From Malacoraja senta (Eukaryota): a DNA stretch of 64,000 bases. Below, in pieces: positions 32,801 through 44,108 of the stretch. The notes beneath the pieces were generated by a model. That model saw only the letters and a list, made by a program, of their open reading frames with translations, was not told where the DNA came from and did no database searches. The stretch covers positions 23,004,001 through 23,068,000 of the forward strand of contig CM075987.1 of the NCBI GenBank assembly GCA_038087875.1, written 5' to 3'. The position numbers were made by a program, and so were the translations under genes. Numbering within the stretch: the stretch's first letter is position 1; every line of letters starts with the position of its first letter.

Positions 32801-35800
32801 GTTACTGAATACTAAAGTTCTATTGATGCATTGTCTAAAGTACCCCATGAGGTTTTTTTAAGGAGTTGAAGGTGATGGATGAGGTATGCGCAGTGACTGC
32901 TGTCTACATGAATTTAGTAAGGCATTTGATGCAGTCTCCCCTGGTAGGTTGATCCAGAAGATTAAGATGCAGGGTATTAACAGTCATTTGGGCGCACAAC
33001 TGGTTACAGAGGACAAGGTTGTTGTGAAAAGACTATTCTGGCTGGAGGTCTGACCAATGGAGTTATTTTTATTGATTTAGATACGATTTACAATGATTTA
33101 GATGTAAACGTAGATGGGTTGGTTGGCAAGTTTGCACCAAGATTGCTGGGTTGTGGACTGGGAAGGCTGTTCAGATATAATTCTGCTTCTGAAATGGGCA
33201 GAGAAATGGGAAATGGAGTTTAATCTGAGCAAATGTGTGGTATGCTTATGGGAGGTCGAATGCAAGGGTAAAAACAACATACAATTGGCAAAATATGGCA
33301 AACTCTTAACTCCCTGAAAGTTGCAACACATAGATAGTGGTAAAGAAGGCATATGGTACACTTGCTTACATGGGTCAGGAAGTCATGTGGAAAATGACTT
33401 GTGGAGGCCAAGTCACTGGATGGATTTAAGAGAGTTAGATAGAGCTCTAGGGGCTAGTGGAATCAAGGGATATGGGGAGAAGGCAGGCACGGGTTATTGA
33501 TTGGGGACGATCAGCCATGATCACAATGAATGGCGGTGCTGGCTCGAAGGGCCAAATGGCCTGCACCTGTTTTCTAAGTCATGATGCAACTTAAAACGAC
33601 CATTTGGAGTATTGCGTGCAGTTCTGATTGCCCCATTACAGGAAGGATGTAGAGACTGGAAAGGATGCAGAGGGAATGGAAAATGTCTTGTACAATTTAT
33701 GTGCAAGTATAATTTATAATTCTTTATGTTACCTAAGTCTATGTGACTGCGATGCTGCCGCAAGCACGATTGTCATTACGTGTACCTCACCGTACCTGTG
33801 TATTTGAATGTAAACCTGACTTGTCATTTTGAGATTGGGGCTCACAATAATTTCTCATGAGATCAGCCTTTGACAGAGACACAACCTAGTCTACCAGCCA
33901 TGGTCTTACCAGGTTAGGATGTACTGCAGGTGCTCATTCCTCAAGGTGATGCGAGTCTGTCCACCCACAGGGCCTCCGGCGACTGTGCTGTCTGTAAGAG
34001 ACGGTGGTGTAATTAGATATACAAGGATGCACCATTCTGCAGGATGTGCTCAGAACATCCTAAGGTGGTTCACAGCCGATCCAGTCATTTGGAGTTAATT
34101 TTGTAGAAACCTGTAATTTTAGCCTGAGAAAGGGATTGTGTTGCCCCTAGATCGCCATTGCTCATGGCCCACACTGTCGCCCATAACATTCTGCAGTCTG
34201 CATCTCCCATCCCACATGTCACTGATAGGTTCACATTGGTCCGTTTTATGAGCACAAATAATGAGGCCACATTTTCTTTGGCAAATAGTTATCCAGAAAG
34301 CATAGGGGACCACTGGACCCGAGAGTACAGATATACACGTTATTAAAGTTGTAATACAAGGGCGTAGGCGAGCACAGAACTCAACTACACCTTCCCCACC
34401 AGAAAGCACAACGCTCCCTCACTGATAGGACAGCACAAAGAAATATGCCTGACGCCGGCAAGTCTTACCGAAGTCTGCGTCAATAAGGATAGGTTCAGTG
34501 TCCACAATCTGTGCCATTGCCTCCAAGTCCCGGTAGTGCCAGACGTTCTTCTCAATGTCATTCTGAGGAGTGAATGGTTTGCGTGTCTCAGTCAGTCGAA
34601 CGATGCCAACCAGCTCCACCTCGTCTGTAATCTGGGGAGTTAATACATAACACGACTTACTGAGGGGAAAAACCTCTCAGCTCCTCAGAGATGTGGAGTC
34701 CAAATTCTCCATGACACAAAATGCAGGAGTAACTAAGCGGGACAGGCAGCATCTCTGGGGAGAAGGAATGGGTGACATTTTGGGTCGAGACCCTTCTACA
34801 GACTTCTGTGCTACAGCTTTTTGTGTCTATCTTCGGTTTCAGCTAGCATCTGCAGTTCCTTCCTACCAATTCACCACCACTGGTGTTGAGACCCCACACA
34901 GGAGTCAGGATCGAACTCTGACGATGTGAGGCAGCAGGTACCAACAAATGTCGAATTAAACTAATCTCCTGTACAGACAATATTCTGGTAAATCTCTTCT
35001 GTACCCTCTCCAAAGTCTCTACATCCTGTAATGGGGCAACCAGAACTGCACACAATACTCCAAATGCTACTTAACCAAAGTCCTGCAAAGTTGCAATATG
35101 ACTTCCTGACCCATATAATTAATGCTCTGACCAATGAAGGGAAGCATACCATACACCACCGCTTTACCACTCTTAACTAATTGTGCTCCAACTTACATGG
35201 AGCTATAAACTTGGACCCCAAGATCCCTGAAGTACCCACATCTGCGCCTTCCTCCCTCGCAACATGGACCCGTTACAATTCGCATACCGTCCGAACAGAT
35301 CCACGGACTATGCGGTCTCCCAGGTATTGTACACCGCTCTCTCTCATCTCGACAGCCAGAAGGGGGACTATGTGAGGATGCTGTTCATAGACTTCAGTTC
35401 AGCCTTCAACACGATAGTCCCCACCAGACTGGCCGAGAAGCTACTGGAATTAGGGCTCAACACCCCTCTGCGTGCCTGGGCCCTGGACTTTCTCACCGCC
35501 AGGCCTCAGGTAGTCAAGTTGGGAGGGAATACATCGAAGTCCCTCACCCTGAGCACAGGATCCCCCCAGGGTTGCGTCCTCAGCCCCCACTGTACTCCCT
35601 GTACATACATGACTGTGTGGCCAGGTTCAGCTCCAACTCGATAATCAAGTTTGCTGATGACACTGTGGTGGTGGGCCTGATCTTAGACAACGATGAGAAG
35701 GCCTACCGGGAGGAGGTGGCTGATCTGGCACTCTGGTGTCAGAACAACAGCCTCCTCTTGAACATAAAAAAAACGAAGGAGCTGATCGTGGACTTTAGGA

Positions 35801-38800
35801 GGACACATCATCCGAGGACGCACACACCATTGAGGATAAATGGGGATACTGTGGATAGGGTGAGCTATGACATGGACATCACACGCTGCAGCACTCGTGA
35901 CTAAGGCAAGGCAGCGCCTTTACCACCTCAGGCAATTGAGGAAATTCAGAGTGTCTCTGAGGATCCTCCAGTGCTTCTACTCAGCGGCTGTGGAAAGCAT
36001 CCTGTCTGGAAATATTACAATCTGGTTTGGGAACTGCTCTGCCCAGGACAAGAAGGCTCTGCAGAGAGTAGTGCGTTCGGCTGAACGCACTACGGGAACT
36101 TCACTCACCCCCCTGCAGGAACTATACATCAGAAGGTGCAGATCCAGAGCCAACAAGATCATGGGGGAACCCCTTCCACCCCTGCAACGGACTGTTCCAG
36201 CTGCTACGGTCAGGCAAACGCCTCCGTTGCCATGCTGTGAGAACAGAGAGGTTGAGAAGGAGTTTCTTCCCAGAGGCCATTAGGACTGTAACCTCCTATC
36301 TCACCAGGGACTAACTTTACTGGACCACTCTACTGGTTTTTTTTTTAATTGCTGTTTTTTTTCCCTTTTTCCTTCCGCCCACAATATTTAATATGTAAAA
36401 GAATATGTGATTATGTTCCATTCTGTTTGTTTGTTTGTTTGTTTGCACAAAGTCTGCGAGCATCGCCACTTTTCATTTCACTGCACATCTCGTATGTGTA
36501 TGTGACGAATAAACTTGACTTGATTTGACACTTGCCCCTTACCTTCACCCCCACACTCACCTGTCCTTTTCTTCTTGTTTCTGGATTGATCTTCCTTCTG
36601 GGTACAAAGCCCCTGTTCACAAGGATTCGCACTCTGAAAGAAACAATCACATAGATCACCTGGAGAGCATGGTGCAAATGCACTGGCTGAGATTTAATGT
36701 TGGCCCTGTTGTCCCAGGCCAGAGGATGACTGCAGGGAAAAGGCAATCTGCTTTAACGATCACAATCTGGGCTTCCTATAAGCCATGCTAACCTACTGTG
36801 GAGGGTTTGGTGGCAGAGGGGGCTTTAATGAGATCTAGCCCCTACATGGGGTTCACTGGGCAGGTTATCAGCTAGTGTTTGATGACTGCTCATGATAAGT
36901 ACTGGATTCTAATAGGGAAATTCCCAGAAATAGCCCTTAGAATATTTATCGTTTGACTGTTTTTCCCACTGTCAGAACATTGATGTCAAATATAAACAGT
37001 CTCAAATGGAAGTGCTGGCGAGACTGTCTGAAAAAAGGTCTCGATCCGAAACGTCACCCATTCCTTCTCTCCAGAGATGCTGTCTGTCCCGTTGAGTTAC
37101 TCCAGCTTTTTGTGTCTCTTCGGTTTAAACCAGCATCTGCAGTTCCTTCCTACCTTGGGTTATTTACTGCAACCTCTTGGATTCTATTTAAGGGGCTGAA
37201 GGTCTCCTCATGTTCATGTGCAACAGGCTCAAGGGCCTCGACAGCCTCGTCCTGCTGTTCCCAACATAATAAACTTTTCCACTCCCCTTACCTACTCTAA
37301 CCTCACCCCCTCTGAACGTATAGCCCTCCACGCACTCTGCAGCAACCCCAACATTACAATCAAACCCGTCGACAAAGGAGGTGCCGTGGTAACCTGGTGC
37401 TCTGACAACTCTGAGCCATCTCCTCCTACTTATCCTTGGACCATGATCCCACAGACGAGCACCAGGCCTTAATCTCAAACACCACTTCTGGCAGTCTGCC
37501 TTCTCCAGCCTCCAACCTTATCGTTTCCCAGCCCCGCACAGCCCGGTTCTACCTTCTCCCCAAAGTCCATAAACACAACAGCCCTTGTAGACCTATTGTT
37601 TCTGCCTGATCCTGTCCCACAGAAATGATGTCCACGTACCTCGACTCCATCCTATGCCCCCTGGTCCAATCTCTCCCGACCTATGTCCAAGAAACCTCAC
37701 ATGCCCTTTGCTCTTCAATGACTCCCTCGTCTTTACTATGGAAGTTCAGTCACTCTACACCTCCATTCCCCACCAGGAAGGCCTTAACGTCCTCCATTTC
37801 TTCCTCGGTCGCAGAACCATCCAATTTCCCTCTGCTATCACTCTCCTCCGCCTAGCGGAGCTGGTCCTCACCCTCAACAACTTCTTCTTTAACTCCTCCC
37901 ACTTCCTCCAAGTCCAAGGCGTAGCTATGGGCACCCGCATGGACCCCAGCTACGCCTGCCTCTTTGTAGGATACGTTGAACAATCCTTGTTCCAGGCGTA
38001 CACTGAACTCCGTTACTTTGATGATTGCATCCGTGCTACCTCCTGCACCCATGCAGAACATATGGACTTTATCAACTTCACTACCAATTTTCATCCTGCA
38101 CTCAAAATTTACTTGGACCTTCTCCGACACCTCCCTCCCCTTTCTTGATCTCACAGTCTCCATCACAGGAAATAGACTATTGACTGACGAGGGGCTGAAC
38201 AGCCTCATCCTGCTGTTCCCACCTTAAACTCGAGGGGCTGAATGGCCTTGCCCTGCTGTTCCAGTTTAGTAGACTGGAGGGGCTGAATGGCCTCATCCTG
38301 CTGTTCCCAGCTAAAACGAGGGGTTGAGTGGCCTTGTCCTGCTGTTCCAGTTTAGTAGACTGGAAGGGGTGGGCGATTTTTACTTGCCCTTCAGGCTCTG
38401 GGACCGCTGACGTACCCCAGGTCCGTGCAGTGGAAGGGCGTGACCACGTTGGCACCGGAGTCTCCGCTGGAGGTCAGGCGGCCCGCCTCTCGTGCCTCCT
38501 TGTCGGGGTCCACCTGCGACCGGGGCATGATGTAGAGCTCGCTGGAGTGGTCGAACCTCCCGCGAACCATCACCCGCCTGTACTCCAGCTTCTTCACGTC
38601 CAGTTGACTGTGGGGCACAGAGGTGGAAACGGTAGTGCATAAAACAAGCCGTAAAACCAAACCTGTGTGACGAGGTCAGTATTACCCCGGGAGAGAGGAG
38701 GGGGCAGGGGGGGGGGTCGGTGTGGCCCTGGGGGAGAGTCAGTGTCACAACAGGGGGAGGGGTTCGATGCCAGTCTTACTTACTCCAGGGGAAGGGGCAC

Positions 38801-40887
38801 GGGCTCCATGCAGCTTCTCTCTGCTAGTGCCTCGATTAGCTGCAGTTTCCATTTCCGACGTTGAACCTTAAGGGAAGGGAGAGCGAGAATGACAGAGACA
38901 GGCACGTAGATCAACATGGCAAGACTCAGCCCCACACCCAATTGGACACTTGGACTCGCACAAGGAACTGATCTGTAACACAACTGGATCCAGATTACAG
39001 GGGTAACAGGCAACCGATAGGTCCTTCTCTGTAGTTCCCTTCCCCAGTGCAAGTGTCAGCCGGAGTTAGTCAGACCATTACACCCTGGACATCCAAGCTC
39101 CAGAATGACCATAACCCTACAATGGTCATTGGCTCCATGGTCTCTGACACTGCACACAGGCTGCCAGACCCATCCTAAACCCAGACACCTCACAGCGACG
39201 GCCATCCCCACTCTGATCCCGCCAGCACGTAACAAAAGTGTTTCACTGTACCTCGGTACACATGACAATAAACCGAAAGCTAAACTAAACTAAAAAAAAC
39301 TAACCCCACTGACCAGTGCAGTCACCAGCAAAGCCCACGCTGTCCCCTGACCCCACACAGTGACTACAGAGCATTGTTTAATTAGCAACACACTGACACA
39401 GGGGAACAGCAAGCAAATATGCCAAACAAATAAAACACACTCTCATCATGCGCATGGACCCCCCCTCAGTGCGGTGAGTGAACATGAACCGAACGGCGGA
39501 GATACCTGCCAGGTTCCGAGACCAAAGGTGGCGACCGGGATCAGAAGCAGGGTCCACTTCAGGAAGGAATCATTGGTGCCCTCAGCAACCGTCGCCGTGG
39601 AGCTGCATGCCACATTGTGCCCGACAACAACCCCTGAACAATAAACACAGTCTGAGTAACAGCAGAGCCTGGGGTTGTTTATCACTGCCCTCCACTCCAT
39701 CCGCCCTGTAACCGAGCGCACGTTCTGGAGGGCTATAGAGGAAGAGGAACAGATTGTGCACAGAACTTCCTTACCTTTGGTTTTTCCTCTGGCAGAGCAC
39801 AAGATCAAGTGGCCATCTCTGTAGACCTTTGCTGAGCAGTTATTCAATATCTGTGGAATAGAGAGGAGACTGAGGAAAGGTTTGAAGGGACCTGGCATTA
39901 GTGCTAGTGTATGTGTGCGTGTGTGTGTATATATACATTTGCTCTACTGTCCATCCTTTGCTCTCACACTGATTCCAGCTCAGAAGGTCCATCCTCTTGG
40001 TCCATCCTCCTAAATCTATGGTACACAATGACAGATCTGTGCACTCCAGCACTGTAGCCTAGTGGTTTACAGTGATGGTCCTCGATCCATCAGTGCTGTA
40101 CCCGTGTTTAGAGGCAGATTCACCTGTATTCACCAAGGCTCTATCCATGACATGCAGTGACAGACCAATGACCCAGGTGCAATCCTACTCTCCAGTGCTA
40201 CATGTCTGGAGTTTGCATGTTTGTGCTGCCATCATGTCGGATCTCCCCTGTACCCGTATACTTCATACATGAATAAAGTGAAAGAGGCTGGGATGATTTG
40301 AAGGATGAAAATATATATATATATATATATTTTTAAGGCTTAATAAACTGATAACCAGGACAGGCATGTACCCAGAAATAACCAGCAATTATCCTATTGT
40401 GCTTGCGTTTGGCTTGCTTGTATTCGTGTGTAGTATCGTCTGATTTAATTGGAGATCATGCAAACAAACGCTTTTCACTGTTCATGACAATAATGAACCT
40501 AAACCCGGCAATTCATTTAACGAGGAGGGGGGGGGGGGGGGGGCGCAATATAAAGTAATGGAATGGGATTCATTCTGTGCAACCAGCGCTGCGAATGACC
40601 AGCCCTTTACTGGGAATAGGAGGCTTCATCAAGCGGGGAGGGGGGAGGGGGGCAGCGACGGTGCACCAGGCCGCATGTGTGTGTCTGTGTCTGTGTCTGT
40701 GTCTGTATCTGTGTCTGTATCTGTGTCTGTGTCTGTGTCTGTGTCTGTATCTGTGTCTGTATCTGTGTCTGTATCTGTGTCTGTACCTGTGTCTGTGTGT
40801 GTGCCGGCCCCGAGCTGAGCTGAGCCGAGCTGAGCCTAGACTCACCCAGAGCCCGAGGAGCCGCGACCCGCGGACCGCCCGCAGCAT
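29806..40887 (-). CDS. SURF1: Surfeit locus protein 1 (cytochrome c oxidase assembly factor): exons 40887-40846, 39850-39775, 39633-39506, 38866-38784, 38607-38416, 36633-36561, 34631-34469, 33991-33910, 29872-29806; 301 aa
   Basis: [33 protein letters not shown]...|[22 protein letters not shown]...[27 protein letters not shown]...[44 protein letters not shown]. All GT-AG, phases consistent (906 nt). Exons 1-2 (presequence) are less certain. Confidence 0.93.
29992..32252 (-). mobile_element. Penelope-like retroelement (RT + GIY-YIG endonuclease), 5'-truncated, young, in SURF1 intron 8, with 12-bp TSD ATTTAAACACCA
   Basis: 590-aa ORF 31975-30203, preceded in frame by IKPADKGG, containing [33 protein letters not shown] and [18 protein letters not shown]. 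One frameshift in a C-run near 32050. TSD at 29980-29991 and 32253-32264. Confidence 0.95.
30050..30091 (-). ncRNA. Minimal type-I hammerhead ribozyme motif in the Penelope 3' repeat
   Basis: Minus strand reads cagt-CTGAAGA-A-GGGT(TTCG)GCCC-GAAA-CGTT-acc: catalytic core, stem II, and a palindromic stem III. Confidence 0.6.
32855..33570 (+). mobile_element. Degenerate CR1 LINE fragments in SURF1 intron 8
   Basis: Decayed RT sequence (..SKAFD.V.., [13 protein letters not shown]) plus the CR1 3' end shared with other copies. Confidence 0.75.
35232..36529 (+). mobile_element. Rex1/Babar-like LINE 3' fragment (frameshifted RT) in SURF1 intron 6
   Basis: [14 protein letters not shown]...[16 protein letters not shown]...[10 protein letters not shown]...[12 protein letters not shown]...[12 protein letters not shown]. 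Tail AATAAA(CTTGA)n. Confidence 0.88.
37250..38185 (+). mobile_element. Older degenerate Penelope-like RT fragment in SURF1 intron 5
   Basis: [27 protein letters not shown] and [14 protein letters not shown] peptides, homologous to the 30203-31975 ORF but with stops and frameshifts. Confidence 0.88.
38188..38375. repeat. About 4 imperfect tandem copies of GAGGGGCTGAATGGCCT(T/C)..CCTGCTGTTCC (about 45-50 bp period)
   Basis: Visible direct repeats just downstream of the SURF1 exon 5 donor. Confidence 0.75.
40678..40802. repeat. Hexanucleotide microsatellite (GTGTCT/GTATCT)n in SURF1 intron 1
   Basis: Directly visible. Confidence 0.97.
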
Positions 40888-40942
40888 TCTGCACACAAAC
40901 CGGAAGCACGGCCACGCTTCCGCCGGCGTCAGCTGACCACAG

Positions 40943-41581
40943 CTGGGCCGCGGACCACGTGACCCCCCCCCACCCGCGGGACACGTGACCCGTTCTGGGC
41001 CGCGGACCACGTGACCCCCCCCACCCGCGGGACGCGTGACCCGTTCTGGGCCGCGGACCACGTGACCCCCCCCACCCGCGGGACACGTGACCCGTTCTGG
41101 GCCGCGGACCACGTGACTCCCCCCCACCCGCGGGACACGTGACCCGTTCTGGACCGGGGAACCACGTGACCCCCCCCCTGCCGACGGCGGGACACGTCAC
41201 CCGTTCTAGACGGGGGACCACGTGGCCCGGGTGCTGGGCGGGGACCACGTGACTGGGCCTAGACCGGTGGACCACGTGGCCCGGGTGCTGGGCGGGGACC
41301 ACGTGACTGGGCCTAGACCGGTGGACCACGTGGCCTGGGTGCTGGGCGGGGACCACGTGACTGGGCCTAGACCGGTGGACCACGTGGCCTGGGTGCTGGG
41401 CGGGGACCACGTGACTCTGGGCCTAGACCGGTGGACCACGTGGCCTGGGTGCTGGGCGGGGACCACGTGACTGGGCCTAGACCGGTGGACCACGTGGCCT
41501 GGGTGCTGGGCGGGGACCACGTGACTGGGCCTAGACCGGTGGACCACGTGGCCAGGTTTACTGGGCTGAGGACCACGTGAT
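40943..41581. repeat. Compound GC-rich minisatellite (about 51-bp unit x4-5, then about 54-bp unit x6) forming the SURF1 upstream region; two CACGTG per unit
   Basis: Units CTGGGCCGCGGACCACGTGACCCCCCCCACCCGCGGGACACGTGACCCGTT and GGACCACGTGGCCTGGGTGCTGGGCGGGGACCACGTGACTGGGCCTAGACCGGT. Confidence 0.95.
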
Positions 41582-41732
41582 TGTCCGGGCTGATGGACAG
41601 GACGTTGACCCCGTGCCGGGTTTCTTGGTTTCTTGCTCCTCCAAAATATTCCAATGGAATTTAAACTGGAGGTGGTGGAGGGAGGACTTAAGCCAGAAAG
41701 GGTTTTTGGGAAGAAAGAGCTACCTTAAATTT

Positions 41733-42256
41733 AGTCAAGTCAAGTCAAGTCACATTTATTTATATAGCACATTTAAAAAACAACTCTCGTTGGCCACAGT
41801 GCTTTACATTTGTTATAAGAATAGCACAAATAAAACAAACCACATACATATATACATGTAGCCCTCACTCAGAGGACGTCAGGAAAGGCTTGGGAATATA
41901 GATAAGTCTTTAGTCTTGACTTAAATTTAGTTGCATCTGGTTGGGTAACTATAGTAGGGTGGAGATTATTCCATGCTTTAATTGTGCAGGGGAAGAATGA
42001 ATTGCTGTACACATTTGTCTTGGTAGCTGGAATGTCAAATTGGATCGAATGCCTAATTGGTTTGGTGTAGGTTTTGTAATCTATGTCGAGCTGGCCATTT
42101 AACATTTTGTAAAAACAGGTCAAACGGTGAGCTTCACGTCTGTCTTGGAGAGGGTTCCACCCCAGTGAATTCAGAAGGTTGGTAACACTCGCTTCTCTCT
42201 CGTAGGTATTAGTAAGAAATCGAGCTGCCTGTCTTTGGACACGTTCGATGGAAGAT
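41733..42256 (-). mobile_element. L2/CR1-group LINE 3' fragment inserted in the SURF1 CpG island; the same 3' tail occurs at about 22265-22400 (+)
   Basis: IERVQRQAARF...LLNSLGW..LQDRR...SFFP.TIKAWNNL...FKSRLKTYLY peptide; tail TGTGCTATATAAATAAATGTGACTTGACTTGA. Confidence 0.85.
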
Positions 42257-43199
42257 GGGTCCAGGCCGATGACCACACGAGCCGCGGGACACGTGACTCC
42301 GGGTCTGGCGGTGGCAGCATCCTGTCTGCGCTGCTCTGCCTCCTCCAGCGTCCACTGACCTCTTAACCTCAGCCCTGTTTAAACCTCAGACCGTCTCTGC
42401 TGATCACGGTTTGTTCATGTCACGAGTTTGTTGGACGTGGTCCTGATATTTAAGGTCAGCCGGACAAATGTGAAGAGGAAAGACACAAAGTCCTGGAGTA
42501 CCTCAGCAGGTCAGACAGCTGTATCACCAGTCTGAAGAAGGGTCTCAACCCGAAACATCGCCTATTCCTTCTCTCCAGAGATGCTGCCTGTCCCGCTGAG
42601 TTACCCCATCATTTTATGTCAATCCACAAGATGTATGTTAGATTGGGTTAAGTTCAAGAGGACACCTGCTATCTAAAAATTCAGATCTGCGCAAGGGGTA
42701 ACACACTAAAAGGAAAATATGACATCAGAATTCTTCTACATTTTCCTGCACATTGATGACAAAGTCGGGACTCTTGTAACTTAACGTGTTTGTTGACATT
42801 CAATGCGTAAAAAAGTACATCATGCTCATGGTAGGCTCTATTCGTTGGTTGATACAAGGTATTTTTGGTCATTATATTAATTAACATTATTCACAATAAC
42901 ATCCAATCACTTCAAGCATCATGTGTATTTAACTGTCACGTTCCACTCATATCCTGACTCCTTTTCTCCAGGGATGCTGTCTGACCCACTGAGTTACTCC
43001 AGCTTTTTGTGTCTGTCTTCATTGCAAAATAAGCTTCCTGTTGTGCAGGAAGGAACTGCAGATGCTGGTTTAAACCAACGATAGACACAAAAAGCTGGAG
43101 TAACTCAGCGGGACAGGCAGCACCTCTGGAGAGAAGGAATGGGTGACGTTTCAGGTCGAGACCCTTCCTCAGACTGGTATGGGATAAGGGAAACAATAG

Positions 43200-44108
43200 A
43201 CAATAGGTGCAGGAGTAGGCCATTTGGCCCTTCGAGCTAGCACCGCCATTCAATGTGATCATGGCTGATCATCCCCAATCAGTACCCCGTTCCTGCCTTC
43301 TCCCCATATCGCCCAACTCCGCTATTTATTAGAGCCCTATCTAGCTCTCTCTTGAAAGCATCCAGAGAACCTGCCTCCAACGCCCTCTGAGGCAGAGAAT
43401 TCCACAAACTCACCACTCTCGGTGAGAAAAAGTGTTTCCTTGTCTCCGTTCTAAATGGCTTACTCCTTATTCTTAAACTGTGGCCCCTGGTTCTGGACTC
43501 CCCCAACATCGGGAACATGTTTCCTGCCTCTAGCGTGTCCAAACCCTTAACAATCTTACGAGATTGAGAAATATAGACAATGATGTAGAGAGATAAAGAA
43601 CAAAAGATTTGTAATTGTAATTAATTTATTAGCCAAGTATGTAAACATACAAGGAATTTGATATGCAAAAAAGTAACGATGATAAAGGAAACAGGCCATT
43701 GTTAGCTGTTTGTTGGGTGAAAACGAGAAGCTCGTGCGACTTGGGTGGGGGAAGGATATAGAGAGAGGGAATGCCGGGGCTACCTGAAGTGAGAGAAATC
43801 AATATTCATACCACTGGGCTGTAAGCTGCCCAAGCAAAATAGACAATACGTGCAGGAGGCCATTCGGCCCTTCGAGCCTGCACCGCCATTCAATGTGATC
43901 ATGGCTGATCATCCCCAATCAATACCCCGTTCCTGCCTTCTCCCCATATCCCCTGACTCCGCTATGTTTAAGAGCCCTATCTAGCTCTCTCTTGAAAGCA
44001 TCCAGAGAACCTGCCTCCATCGCCCTCTGAGGCAGAGAATTCCACAGACTCACCACTCTCTGTGAGAAAAAGTGTTTCCTCGTCTCCGTTCTAAATGGCT
44101 TACTCCTG
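43200..44108 (-). mobile_element. Two near-identical CR1 3' fragments (43200-43560, 43840-44108) interleaved with a Penelope terminal fragment
   Basis: Repeated reverse complement of the CR1 end (TRGHSLRI...FFS.RVVSLWNSLP). Confidence 0.85.

Noticed and set aside
40558..41654. Long His/Arg/Pro-rich ORFs (up to 267 aa)
   Set aside because: Produced by the microsatellite and the 51/54-bp repeats. Only 40887-40846 is used, as SURF1 exon 1.
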